Notes: a model not told the origin generated them from the sequence alone. A stretch of 64,000 nt of DNA from Candidatus Woesearchaeota archaeon (GCA_002688775.1 NZDH01000004.1:123420-187419); one strand, 5' to 3'. Counted from the stretch's first letter, positions 44,861-53,714 are shown. Numbers and translations are program-made.

Positions 44861-44992
44861 AGAAAAATTCCAACAACAAAGGGTTCAAATACGGGTTTTC
44901 TTCGTGAAAACCCTATTCGCAAAGGAAAAATCCGAACTATGTAACGGATTTTCCCTCTGCACTCAATTTTCACCCATTGTTGGAATTTTTCT
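44861..44992 (+). ncRNA. Three-way-junction RNA, copy 1 (unclassified family; second copy at 63414-63546)
   Basis: Closing stem GAAAAATTCCAACAA/TTGTTGGAATTTTTC and hairpins GGGTTTTC/GAAAACCC and GGAAAAATCCG/CGGATTTTCC. Junction strands match copy 2 while the helices covary. 3' T-tract. Confidence 0.65.
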
Positions 44993-45059
44993 TTAATAAA
45001 GTGGATAGTTAGAAAGTGTACTTAACATATTAAAAACGTTTTTAAATAAAGTTAGTTGC

Positions 45060-46199
45060 TTGCAATATATGAAAGGTCTAGCCATCACATCAAAGGGTAT
45101 TGAGGAAACTGCCTGTACAGAGATAAAGGAACTGATAAATTCCAGATGCAAGGCAGAGGAAGGCTGTGTTAGTTTTGATTTCAAAAAATTTGAGGATTTG
45201 TGTTTGTTATGCTACAAATCACAGTCTGTTGACAGGGTATTGTATTTGATTGACAGTCTTGAGTTTAAGGATTTTTTTGACGAGTTTGAAACTTTCATTG
45301 AAAAATTAGATATAGATAAATGGCTCAGTAAAGACAAAAAATTCAAAGTTGAATGTATCAGGTTAGGCAAGCATGACTTTAAAAGCGTGGATGTTGAAAA
45401 GAAAGCTGCAGACTTGATCGTAAAAAAATATAAGGAGGATAATATTAAAGTGGGTCTGAAGAATAATGACCTCATCTTTTTTGTTTACATAATCAATGAT
45501 AAATGTTATTTTGGGATAGATTTTTCAGGATTTGAGCTGAATAAAAGACCCTATAAGATTTTTTTGCATCCCAATTCTTTAAGAGGGACTGTTGCTTATT
45601 CATTAATAAGAGAAAGCGGATTTAAGAAAAACAAGGTTATGCTTGATCCATTTTCAAGGGATGGGGTCATTTCGATAGAAACTGCGGTTTATGCAACTGG
45701 ATTTCCAACTAATTATTTCAAAAAGGACAGGTTTGCATTTTTGAGATTAGATCTTGGTATTGATTCTGAAAAATTCTTTGATAAAATTGATAAAAAGATA
45801 AAAAAATCAAAATTAGGAATTTATAGCTATGATTATTTGTTTAAGTTTGTTGATTATTCTAAAAAAAATGCCAAAATTGCCGGTGTTGACAAACAAATCA
45901 ATTTCAGCAGAGTTGAGCTGGAATGGCTTGATATAAAATTTAAGGAAAATAGCGTTGATGTAATAATAACAAACCCCCCAACTTCAAAAAATACAAATTT
46001 GGATAAGATCTACAATGAGTTTTTTTATCAATGTGAATACATATTAAAGAAAGATGGATTGATTGCAATAATTTCCAGAGTTACTGATTTTGCCAAGGAA
46101 AAGGCTTCAAAACACAATTTTATTGTTTCAAAAGAGAAAGATGTATGGAGCGGCGGGCAATTGCTTAAAATCGTAGTTTTTAAAAAGAAAAGTATATAA
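45060..46199 (+). CDS. THUMP-domain RNA (guanine-N2) methyltransferase, Trm14/RlmL-like
   Basis: N-terminal THUMP-like region and a C-terminal Rossmann methyltransferase with the VIITNPP motif. The likely start is MKGLAITS at 45069. Confidence 0.6.
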   Translation: MQYMKGLAITSKGIEETACTEIKELINSRCKAEEGCVSFDFKKFEDLCLLCYKSQSVDRVLYLIDSLEFKDFFDEFETFIEKLDIDKWLSKDKKFKVECIRLGKHDFKSVDVEKKAADLIVKKYKEDNIKVGLKNNDLIFFVYIINDKCYFGIDFSGFELNKRPYKIFLHPNSLRGTVAYSLIRESGFKKNKVMLDPFSRDGVISIETAVYATGFPTNYFKKDRFAFLRLDLGIDSEKFFDKIDKKIKKSKLGIYSYDYLFKFVDYSKKNAKIAGVDKQINFSRVELEWLDIKFKENSVDVIITNPPTSKNTNLDKIYNEFFYQCEYILKKDGLIAIISRVTDFAKEKASKHNFIVSKEKDVWSGGQLLKIVVFKKKSI

Positions 46200-46234
46200 A
46201 GATAAATATTCAAATTGACCCATAGTTAGGTAAC

Positions 46235-46510
46235 ATGCAAAAAAAGAGGAGTACTAGTATTTTTGAGAAGCTACTGTTAGTAGTAGGATTTTTAGTTCTA
46301 ATAATGGGCTATTTCTTTATCAATAGGGTTTTTGCAGCAGAAGGGTTCCAAGTAAGCTGGGGCTTTTTGCAGACAGTTTTCCTGTGGCTTTTGATGGTCA
46401 TATTCATCATACTTCTGGCTATTGGTGAGGATATAAAAGAGGGGATTTTGCTTGAGCAGCTTGATGAGATTAGGGGCCTTAAAGATGCTATTTTGAGAAG
46501 GAAAAAATAG
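46235..46510 (+). CDS. Small membrane protein, hypothetical
   Basis: 91 aa with two clear hydrophobic helices. Confidence 0.45.
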   Translation: MQKKRSTSIFEKLLLVVGFLVLIMGYFFINRVFAAEGFQVSWGFLQTVFLWLLMVIFIILLAIGEDIKEGILLEQLDEIRGLKDAILRRKK

Positions 46511-46565
46511 TCAATTTACGATAAAAACAGATAATTTTATATATCCACTTTTCTTACTATTATAT

Positions 46566-46944
46566 GGCAAGGGTTAGTACTTAGCTTCGGCAATGTGATT
46601 GCTGAGGAAAGTCCGCCCACTACAACCGCAAAATCGGTTGACGCTTTGCGGGACATTCGCTATCGCGAAGTCCCGAGTAGCCACTCACGGAAGTGAGCTC
46701 TAGAAAATAGAGGGCAACCACTCAGAAACGAGACCGCCTTAAAGGAGCATGATGTGGAGAAGGATTTGGTGACAAATCTGAGATAACCCACTGACATTCT
46801 TTTAGGAATGGGTGAAACGGTGAGTCCTGGCTGGTGCAAGTCAATGGTCTAGTACCAGACGCTTAGTTTAATGCTAAGACAGGCTATCGCAATGCAAATA
46901 TTGCACTTAGGGCCTGACAAAAGGCGGCTTACTCTAACCCTGCC
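46566..46944 (+). ncRNA. rnpB: RNase P RNA (archaeal type A-like)
   Basis: P1 GGCAAGGGTTAG.../...CTAACCCTGCC, CR-I GAGGAAAGTCCGCCC and the CR-V-like ACAAAAGGCGGCTTAC. GC-rich island with a TATA-like box about 30 nt upstream. Confidence 0.9.
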
Positions 46945-46966
46945 ACTTTAATTTATTACTGAAACA

Positions 46967-47143
46967 ATGGCACAAGACAGAATTTCAATGCCCAGCGGAA
47001 TGGGGGGATTAGTAAGGTATTTTGATGAGTACAAAAGCAAGATAAAATTCAAGCCAGGCCATATAATCGTGCTTTCTATCGTGGTTATGCTAATCATGTT
47101 TTTTCTTTATAATTACGGCAACAGGCTGCTTGGGATAAGGTGA
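46967..47143 (+). CDS. secG: Preprotein translocase subunit Sec61 beta (not in the ORF track, 58 aa)
   Basis: My translation is MAQDRISMPSGMGGLVRYFDEYKSKIKFKPGHIIVLSIVVMLIMFFLYNYGNRLLGIR. It has the GLVRYFDE motif and a C-terminal TM anchor. Confidence 0.8.
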   Translation: MAQDRISMPSGMGGLVRYFDEYKSKIKFKPGHIIVLSIVVMLIMFFLYNYGNRLLGIR

Positions 47144-47147
47144 GAAT

Positions 47148-47489
47148 ATGTTTCCAGGAATGAATCCGAGAGAGATGCAGAAAGCAATGAAAAGGCTTGG
47201 CATAAAACAAGAAGAGATTGATGCCGAGGTAGTGATCATTAAAACAGCTGATAAAGACCTGATAATCAATAATCCTCAGGTAAGCAAAGTAAATATGATG
47301 GGCCAGGAAACCTTCCAGGTAGTCGGTGAGATTAGCGAAGCTGCAAAAGACAGCAAGGTTGAGATTAACGAAGATGATATGGAGACTGTTATGAAACAGA
47401 CAAATTGCAGCAAAGAAGAAGCTTTAGAGGCTCTGCAAAACAGCAATGGAAATTTAGCCGAAGCTATATTAAAATTGCAAAAGAAATAA
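47148..47489 (+). CDS. nac: Nascent polypeptide-associated complex protein (NAC, with UBA tail)
   Basis: MNPREMQKAMKRLGI, a NAC beta-barrel region, and a C-terminal UBA-like EEALEALQNSNGNLAEAI. Confidence 0.9.
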   Translation: MFPGMNPREMQKAMKRLGIKQEEIDAEVVIIKTADKDLIINNPQVSKVNMMGQETFQVVGEISEAAKDSKVEINEDDMETVMKQTNCSKEEALEALQNSNGNLAEAILKLQKK

Positions 47490-47502
47490 TTCTCGGGAAA
47501 AT

Positions 47503-47973
47503 ATGAAAGAATCCTTTGATGATGCAGTTCAGGAATTGAAGAGGGTAGACCATTTATTCTGGGTAAGCTTAAAGTATACCAGGACTGTTGATGTTATAAA
47601 GCATACAATTGACAGATTAATAAACTGCATTGGTTTTGGATTGGAAGCGCTGCTCAAGTATGCAAAAGAAAAAAAACTGATAACAGCGATACCTGCAAAT
47701 GCCGGACTTAGATGCGATCTGCTGAAGAAAACTTATCCAGACAACCAAGAGCTGATTGATTATATCAATTTTTATTTAAGGTTGAGAAAACTAAGCAAAG
47801 CAGAATTTACAAGAAGGGAAGAATTTAGAAGGCATGTCACAATGATTGCAACAATTGATAAAGGTGAAGTTGTCGAGGTTACCATTGATTCTTTAAAAGA
47901 AGATTTTGAAAAAACAAAGGAATTTGTAAGATTTGTGAAAAAGATAATTAATGAAGAAAAGGAAGAGCAGTGA
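47503..47973 (+). CDS. Hypothetical helical protein
   Basis: 156 aa ORF with coding-like composition. No motif recognised. Confidence 0.45.
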   Translation: MKESFDDAVQELKRVDHLFWVSLKYTRTVDVIKHTIDRLINCIGFGLEALLKYAKEKKLITAIPANAGLRCDLLKKTYPDNQELIDYINFYLRLRKLSKAEFTRREEFRRHVTMIATIDKGEVVEVTIDSLKEDFEKTKEFVRFVKKIINEEKEEQ

Positions 47974-48518
47974 CATGCAGGCTTTGCCTGCTCGCGTTCA
48001 ATATGGAAAACCTAGTCAAAAGGCTTGGAAAAAGGGGATGGGGCCAAAAAGAAATTAACAAGGCAGTTGATGTAATAAAAAATGCTAAGCAGAACAAAAC
48101 AAAGGATAACATATTTCTTGAAAAAAGGATATACTGGATTTTATTAGCTGTTATAATTGTTGGAAATTTTGCTATTGCCATCTCGTTAATACCGTTATTG
48201 ATGGCTTTGAAAGGAGCTTTTCTGTATATCATAGTGATTACATTAGGAATTGTTTTTGGCCTGATATTTGAACTTGTAATAAGGAGCATTGAACACTTAG
48301 AAGCAAAGCACCATTTTATCCTGGCGTTTTTGATTCCGCTGATTGCCTTGGTCAATGTTTTTATCATAACAAGGATATCAAACAATTTAGCATCAACATT
48401 AAGTTTGGGAAATTTTAATTCACCTATGATTGTTTCAATAGTTTATGCTGCTTCTTTTGTACTGCCCTACATACTTTATAGATTTGTCTTAAAAATGGGA
48501 TATTATGCGAAAGAATGA
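47970..48518 (+). CDS. Hypothetical membrane protein
   Basis: Four hydrophobic segments after a basic N-terminus. The start is possibly MENLVKRLG at 48003. Confidence 0.45.
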   Translation: MTCRLCLLAFNMENLVKRLGKRGWGQKEINKAVDVIKNAKQNKTKDNIFLEKRIYWILLAVIIVGNFAIAISLIPLLMALKGAFLYIIVITLGIVFGLIFELVIRSIEHLEAKHHFILAFLIPLIALVNVFIITRISNNLASTLSLGNFNSPMIVSIVYAASFVLPYILYRFVLKMGYYAKE

Positions 48519-48911
48519 TTATTTTTTCTTGAAATTTAATGATGCAGAGTTGATGCAAAAACGTTTTCCAGTTGGTTTAGGTCCGTCGTTAAAGACATGA
48601 CCAAGATGGCCTTTGCATTTGCTGCACATTACCTCTGTCCTTTTCATCAGGAAGCTGAAATCTGATTTTGATTCTATTTTATCCTTTGCTGTTGGTGCAT
48701 AAAAACTGGGCCACCCCGATCTGGAATCAAACTTTGAATCTGAAGAAAACAGCTTTTCTCCGCAGCCGGCGCAGACGTACATTCCCTTTTCTTTGCTATC
48801 GTGATATTTTCCTGTGAATGCCTGTTCAGTGCCTTTTTCCCGCAGAATGTGATACTGTTCTTTTGTTAGTTTCTTTTTCCAGTCTTGCTCTGATTTTGGG
48901 GTTGAGGGCAT
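48519..48911 (-). CDS. msrB: Peptide-methionine (R)-S-oxide reductase
   Basis: Two CxxC pairs ([17 protein letters not shown]) and the RSGWPSF motif. Confidence 0.92.
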   Translation of the reverse strand: MPSTPKSEQDWKKKLTKEQYHILREKGTEQAFTGKYHDSKEKGMYVCAGCGEKLFSSDSKFDSRSGWPSFYAPTAKDKIESKSDFSFLMKRTEVMCSKCKGHLGHVFNDGPKPTGKRFCINSASLNFKKK

Positions 48912-49008
48912 TTTATCTCCGAAATATTATAATATCTCATATTAAAATTCAGTTAACATTATAAATGGAGATATGTTCATATATTTAAATATAAGTTAAA
49001 CGATTCTA

Positions 49009-50052
49009 ATGAATATAAAAAAACTTTACAATAAAGAGGATATTAAAAATTTTCGGAATATTATCAAATATTTTGAAACTTTGTACGAAGAGAAGTGGAT
49101 TCTAGATAAATTGAAGAAAGACGTTTTGAGTCTTAAAAGGGGCCATGTTAAAAAAAAGGATAATTTCCAAAGAGCTAAAATTGCTAGGCATTTTACCGAA
49201 AATTCTCAACTTTTGATTTATGCTTTACTGAAATACAATAAAGATAAAAAGTATGATAATATTATTAACAAATTATTGAAAATCAAGAATTCTGGGGAAC
49301 TGGTACTAAGAGAAAATCCTATTTTGATGACGAAGCCACCTGTCGATGTTCTTAAGTGGGAAGATATGCCAGTCAGATACGCACTTAATATAGATGGAAG
49401 GAAAGAATTAAGAAAGGGGTTTGGATTGCATACAAACCCATTTAATGAGGCGGGGCTTTCGATAACAATCGCATTTACGCCAGCCAATTATGCCCAATTA
49501 TTTCATCATCATTCCGTAAGTGAATTCTCCTTCAATCTAGACGTAGGAATAATTGGATTTTACAGAAATAATACTACAGAAAAACATTTCAAAATAAACA
49601 AAGAAGAGGTAGCTTATTACAAAGCAGATACTATCCATAAGTTAGTTAATCGGAGCAACATCATTAATAGAAATATAAGTGTGAAATCTGACCAGGCCAT
49701 ATTAAAATGGAAACCATATTACCTTAACAATAGTGTCATAAAAGGCTACGGTAAATCCATTAAGCATTATGCTACAAAAAAATACAAAAATTATTTGATC
49801 AAAATATACAAGGTTAAGGACAAATTCTATAATTATGTGATCAATATTTTAAAAATCAATCCAGATAAAAGTGTAAATCTGATAAATAAATCCGCACTTT
49901 ATATGTATGTTATTGATGGAAAACTTAAAGTTTATTCAAATGGTAAAAACTTTTGGTGTGGTAAAAATGATTTGATAGTTGTTGATCCTGGAATAAGGTT
50001 TACCATCAAAAGCATTACAAAGTCAAGAATTTATTATGTCACTCCGAATTAA
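49009..50052 (+). CDS. Hypothetical protein with cupin-like segments
   Basis: Extremely Lys/Asn/Ile-rich. FHHHSVSEFSF and YMYVIDGKLKV resemble cupin strands. Weak call. Confidence 0.35.
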   Translation: MNIKKLYNKEDIKNFRNIIKYFETLYEEKWILDKLKKDVLSLKRGHVKKKDNFQRAKIARHFTENSQLLIYALLKYNKDKKYDNIINKLLKIKNSGELVLRENPILMTKPPVDVLKWEDMPVRYALNIDGRKELRKGFGLHTNPFNEAGLSITIAFTPANYAQLFHHHSVSEFSFNLDVGIIGFYRNNTTEKHFKINKEEVAYYKADTIHKLVNRSNIINRNISVKSDQAILKWKPYYLNNSVIKGYGKSIKHYATKKYKNYLIKIYKVKDKFYNYVINILKINPDKSVNLINKSALYMYVIDGKLKVYSNGKNFWCGKNDLIVVDPGIRFTIKSITKSRIYYVTPN

Positions 50053-50088
50053 CATTGGTTTAACAGCCTTATTAATTTGACTAGAAAG

Positions 50089-50199
50089 GACCGCGGGCGA
50101 GAATCGAACTCGCGCCAAGCGGATTTCAAAGCAAGATGACAACCCTAAGTTGCAACCAGCTACCACAACCGCTTATTCTACCATTAAACTACCGCAGTC
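50089..50199 (-). tRNA. tRNA-His (anticodon GTG) with encoded G-1 and a 39-nt intron after position 37
   Basis: Sense strand: G-1, ACTGCGG/CCGCGGT acceptor, anticodon stem AGCGG/CCGCT, loop TTGTGG|intron, T arm GCGAG-TTCGATT-CTCGC, discriminator C. Confidence 0.85.
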
Positions 50200-50258
50200 A
50201 CAGAAATAAGGATATAAAATCAGATTATAAATGTTATGGATTTGAAATATATCAGTAA

Positions 50259-50382
50259 CCTTTATAAACGGACCATACCTTCCTTTCTCTACGCCCGAGT
50301 TCAAGATAGAGCGTTTTTAGGGTTAGCTGGTGATTCTATAGTTAATCACATTCAATAACGCTTTATTCTGGGTTATTTTATT
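50259..50382 (+). promoter_or_regulatory. Promoter-like box and structured leader upstream of the rps13-rps4-rps11 operon
   Basis: CCTTTATAAAC box, then nested stems AGCGTT/AACGCT enclosing GTGATT/AATCAC in the roughly 110 nt before the rps13 ATG. Confidence 0.35.
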
Positions 50383-50868
50383 ATGGCAGAAGAACAAAAA
50401 CAAGAACTGAAATATTTTGTAAGAATCGCTAATACTGACTTAAATGGGAATAAACCTATTTTCCAGTCTTTGACAAAAATTAAGGGCATAAGTTTCATGT
50501 TTTCTAATGCAATTTGCAGAACTGCAGGCATTGAAACTACAAAAAAGACTGGTTATTTGACAGACAATGAAGCAGCAAAGATTGATGACATAATAAAAGA
50601 TCCTTTGAAGTTTAAATTGCCGTCATGGCTGCTTAACAGGAAGAGGGATCCTGAAAATAACTTGGACAAGCATTTGATCGGCCCAACATTGACATTTACC
50701 CAGGATAATGACATCAAGATGATGAAGAAAATCAAGTCTTACAAAGGTGTAAGGCATTCTTTTGGCCAGCCTGTCAGAGGTCAAAGGACAAGATCAAATT
50801 TCAGAAGAAACAAGGGGAAAGTTTTAGGAGTCAAGAGAAAAGAAGGGGCAAAAGCCGGAAGACCATAA
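50383..50868 (+). CDS. rps13: 30S ribosomal protein S13 (uS13)
   Basis: RIANTDLNGNKPI...LTKIKGIS and a basic C-terminus. 161 aa. Confidence 0.95.
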   Translation: MAEEQKQELKYFVRIANTDLNGNKPIFQSLTKIKGISFMFSNAICRTAGIETTKKTGYLTDNEAAKIDDIIKDPLKFKLPSWLLNRKRDPENNLDKHLIGPTLTFTQDNDIKMMKKIKSYKGVRHSFGQPVRGQRTRSNFRRNKGKVLGVKRKEGAKAGRP

Positions 50869-50869
50869 G

Positions 50870-51475
50870 ATGGGAGACCCAAGAAAACACAGGAAGAAGT
50901 ATTCAACGCCAGGACATCCATGGCAGAAAGAAAGGATTGATGCAGAGAAGGAACTGCTTAAGCAGTATGGCTTACGGAGAAAGTATGAAATATGGAAAGT
51001 GGACTCTTTCCTGAGGAAATTTTTGAACAGAGCCAAAACAATAATCAGGGAAAGGACTTTACAATCAGATATTGAAAAAAAGCAATTGCTAACCAGACTT
51101 AGTTCATTGGGACTGCTGAAAAAAGATTCAAAAGTCGAGGATGTCTTGAACTTAAATCTAAAGGATGTTTTGGAGAGAAGACTGCAAACATTATTGTGCA
51201 GAAAACAAATTGCGAAGAATATGCTTCAGGCAAGGCAGTTCATAACGCACGAGCATGTAGCTGTCGGGACAAAAAAAATCACAACTCCATCTTATCTAGT
51301 TTCAATAGAAGAAGAACCTAATATCAGATTAGTGCATGCTATAAAAATGCCAGAAAATACGGATGTGAAAAAGGAGGAAGCTAAACCTGAAGTAAAAGAA
51401 GAAGCTGCAAAATCGCAGGTGAAAAAAGAAAAAACCGGGGCAAAGCCAGAGGTAAAGAAGGAGGAAGCTAAATAA
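50870..51475 (+). CDS. rps4: 30S ribosomal protein S4 (uS4) with a Lys/Glu/Pro-rich tail
   Basis: MGDPRKHRKKYSTPGHPW N-terminus and an S4 domain. The tail is DVKKEEAKPEVKEEAAKSQVKKEKTGAKPEVKKEEAK. Confidence 0.93.
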   Translation: MGDPRKHRKKYSTPGHPWQKERIDAEKELLKQYGLRRKYEIWKVDSFLRKFLNRAKTIIRERTLQSDIEKKQLLTRLSSLGLLKKDSKVEDVLNLNLKDVLERRLQTLLCRKQIAKNMLQARQFITHEHVAVGTKKITTPSYLVSIEEEPNIRLVHAIKMPENTDVKKEEAKPEVKEEAAKSQVKKEKTGAKPEVKKEEAK

Positions 51476-51874
51476 ATGGAGCAAAGACAATTCAGATGGG
51501 GAATTGCGCATATTTATGCATCATATAACAATACGATTATCCATATCACCGATATAACAGGCACAGAAACTTTGGCTGTTGGATCTGGCGGGATGGTTGT
51601 CAAGAGCGACAGAATGGAAGGAAGCCCTACAGCTGCGATGATTGCTGCAAAAAAAGCAGCTGAAACTGCAAGAGACAAGGGAATTACAGGAATTCATGTA
51701 AGAATAAAAGCACCAGGCGGCCACAATGGCCCAACAAGTCCAGGACCAGGCGCACAAGCTGCAATCAGGGCATTATCAAGAATGGGATTAAAGATTGGGA
51801 TTATTGAAGAAGTAACTCCTTTACCGCATGACGGCTGCAGAAAGAAGGGCGGAAGAAGAGGAAGACGAGTTTAG
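51476..51874 (+). CDS. rps11: 30S ribosomal protein S11 (uS11)
   Basis: [18 protein letters not shown]...[12 protein letters not shown], typical of uS11. 132 aa. Confidence 0.95.
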   Translation: MEQRQFRWGIAHIYASYNNTIIHITDITGTETLAVGSGGMVVKSDRMEGSPTAAMIAAKKAAETARDKGITGIHVRIKAPGGHNGPTSPGPGAQAAIRALSRMGLKIGIIEEVTPLPHDGCRKKGGRRGRRV

Positions 51875-51936
51875 CTTCGCTAAAACTCTTTAACCTCCCC
51901 ACTAGCGCACAACTAAGGTGATGTGCCCACCCCGAC
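51870..51936 (+). promoter_or_regulatory. Copy 2 of the conserved C-rich intergenic element (stop-codon hairpin plus 43-nt block), sense to the operon
   Basis: TTTAGC-TTC-GCTAAA contains the rps11 TAG, followed by CCTCCCCACTAGCGCACAACTAAGGTGATGTGCCCACCCCGAC. Confidence 0.6.
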
Positions 51937-51982
51937 ACTTATGATTAAAGTTCACAACTAACATAATAAACTGGAGGGAAAA

Positions 51983-52780
51983 ATGGAAGTAAGAGTTTTA
52001 GAGAACAATAAAGATCAAGGCAAACTTTCTTTTATTTTGAAAGGCTCAAATCCTGTATTTGTAAATACGCTAAGAAGACTTATGATAGACCAAGTGCCAA
52101 CAATGGCTATTGAGGAAGTTGAATTTGCCAAGAACAATTCAATCCTGTATGATGAGATAATTGCACATAGACTTAGTCTTGTTCCATTAAAAACTGATTT
52201 AAAATCTTATAATCTTCCTGACAAATGCAAGTGCGAAGGCAAAGGCTGCAACAGATGCCAATTAAAACTTGTGCTTAAAGCCACAAAAGGTTCAGGTGTT
52301 GTTTATGCTTCTGAAATAAAAAGCAAGGATCCTGCTGTAAAGCCGGTTTTTGGTGATATGCCCATTGTAAAACTTCTGAAAGGACAAAATTTGGAGTTGG
52401 AAGCAACTGCAGTCTTAGGCCGAGGCAAGCAACATATGAAATGGAGTCCTTGTCATGCTTACTATAAGTATAAACCGATTGTGGAAATTACAGGGGATGT
52501 GAAAAATCCAGAAGCTATTATTGAAGTTGACCACAACAATATATTCGAAATAAAAGACAGAAAATTAGTCATAAATAAGGATAAGGTGCTAGAAAGTGAT
52601 TTATCAATGGATTTTACCGATATAGACAAAAATGTCAAAGTTTCTGCAAGCGACACGGATTTTGTTTTTTATGTTGAATCATTCAAGCAGTTAAGTTGTA
52701 AGGAAATTGTCAACAAAGCGATTAATATTTTAGATGAACAGCTTGATGAATTTGTAGAAGAGCTCAAGAAGGCAAAATAA
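51983..52780 (+). CDS. rpoD: DNA-directed RNA polymerase subunit D (Rpo3)
   Basis: FVNTLRRLMIDQVPTMAIEEV...YDEIIAHRLSLVPL and a Cys cluster CKCEGKGCNRC. Confidence 0.93.
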   Translation: MEVRVLENNKDQGKLSFILKGSNPVFVNTLRRLMIDQVPTMAIEEVEFAKNNSILYDEIIAHRLSLVPLKTDLKSYNLPDKCKCEGKGCNRCQLKLVLKATKGSGVVYASEIKSKDPAVKPVFGDMPIVKLLKGQNLELEATAVLGRGKQHMKWSPCHAYYKYKPIVEITGDVKNPEAIIEVDHNNIFEIKDRKLVINKDKVLESDLSMDFTDIDKNVKVSASDTDFVFYVESFKQLSCKEIVNKAINILDEQLDEFVEELKKAK

Positions 52781-52801
52781 TTGTTTGCAAATCCCGATCA
52801 C

Positions 52802-52909
52802 GCGGGGGTGGCAGAGCCTGGCCAAATGCGCAAATTCATGATAAATGGAGTGGATGGTTGAGGGCCTTGTCCCTTAGTGGGTGCGAGGGTTCGAATCCCT
52901 TCCCCCGCA
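52802..52909 (+). tRNA. tRNA-Leu (anticodon GAG) with a 22-nt intron at non-canonical position 29/30
   Basis: Class II tRNA. Acceptor GCGGGGG/CCCCCGC, variable arm TCCCTTAGTGGGTGC. Removing 52834-52855 yields CAAGG-TTGAGGG-CCTTG. Confidence 0.85.
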
Positions 52910-52930
52910 TTGATAATCAATAACAATAAA

Positions 52931-53293
52931 ATGAAAAGAACAGGACCGACAAATCCAATTTTATTCGGGATTATTGCGGAATTGAAGAAGAGAAGCAACT
53001 CTCAAAATGTGAACATATGGAAGAGGGTTGCAAAAGATCTAGAGAGATCTACAAGACAAAGAAGGGTTGTCAATCTTTCGAGCATAAACAGGTATACGAA
53101 GGAAGACGAAGTCATTGTTGTTCCTGGAAAAGTGCTTGGTGCTGGTGATTTGAAGCACAAGTTAACGATTTCAGCATTCCAATTTTCATCAGGAGCAAAA
53201 GAAAAAATAGAGAAAAACGGATCAAAGATTGTTCCATTACTGGAATTAAGCAAAGACAAGCCAAATGGGAAAAAAATTAAAATAATTGGTTAG
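52931..53293 (+). CDS. rpl18e: 50S ribosomal protein L18e (eL18)
   Basis: MKRTGPTNPIL...VVPGKVLGAG. Start moved to Met19 of the track ORF because its upstream part overlaps the tRNA-Leu gene. Confidence 0.9.
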   Translation: MKRTGPTNPILFGIIAELKKRSNSQNVNIWKRVAKDLERSTRQRRVVNLSSINRYTKEDEVIVVPGKVLGAGDLKHKLTISAFQFSSGAKEKIEKNGSKIVPLLELSKDKPNGKKIKIIG

Positions 53294-53714
53294 TACTATG
53301 ATAATAGACGCAAAAGATGCAATTTTGGGAAGATTAAGCACCTATGCTGCAAAACAGGTTTTGCTAGGGGGCAAGGTAGATGTGATAAACTGCGAGGAAT
53401 GCGTCATCAGCGGGAAAAGACATTCAACATTGAGAGAATACATACACAGGCTTTCTAGAAAAGCCCCTACAAAAGGACCATATTTTTACAGAAGGCCTGA
53501 CATGTTCGTTAAGAGAACCATAAGGGGAATGCTACCACATAAGAGAACGCGCGGAAGAGATGCTTTTCAAAATATAAAATGCCACATCGGAGTCCCTGAA
53601 GAGCTAAAGAACGAAAAAGCACAATCCATAGAAAGTTCAAGTGTCGAAGGATTAAGGGCGGATTACTTGAAAGTAAAAGATGTCTGCAAAGCGGTAGGTT
53701 GGAAGGAGCAATGA
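53286..53714 (+). CDS. rpl13: 50S ribosomal protein L13 (uL13)
   Basis: IIDAKDAILGRLSTYAAKQ...VKRTIRGMLP. The likely start is MIIDAKD at 53298. Confidence 0.93.
   Translation: MVSTMIIDAKDAILGRLSTYAAKQVLLGGKVDVINCEECVISGKRHSTLREYIHRLSRKAPTKGPYFYRRPDMFVKRTIRGMLPHKRTRGRDAFQNIKCHIGVPEELKNEKAQSIESSSVEGLRADYLKVKDVCKAVGWKEQ

Noticed and set aside
44788-44973. 62-aa N-terminal extension of the PIN-domain ORF (track ORF 44389..44973).
   Set aside because: The extension runs through the covarying three-way-junction RNA and has no PIN-family counterpart. A good internal start, MKKIILDTNFLL, gives a normal-length PIN protein.
51915-51945. Mini-ORFs starting at the ATG inside the conserved GGTGATGT of the C-rich element (MCPPRHL here, a 15-aa peptide in the atp copy).
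   Set aside because: The peptides differ in length and sequence while the nucleotides are conserved, so coding is unlikely.
52798-52998. ORF 52798..52998 (-) and the first 18 codons of ORF 52877..53293 (+).
   Set aside because: They overlap the tRNA-Leu gene. L18e begins at the internal MKRTGPTNP.
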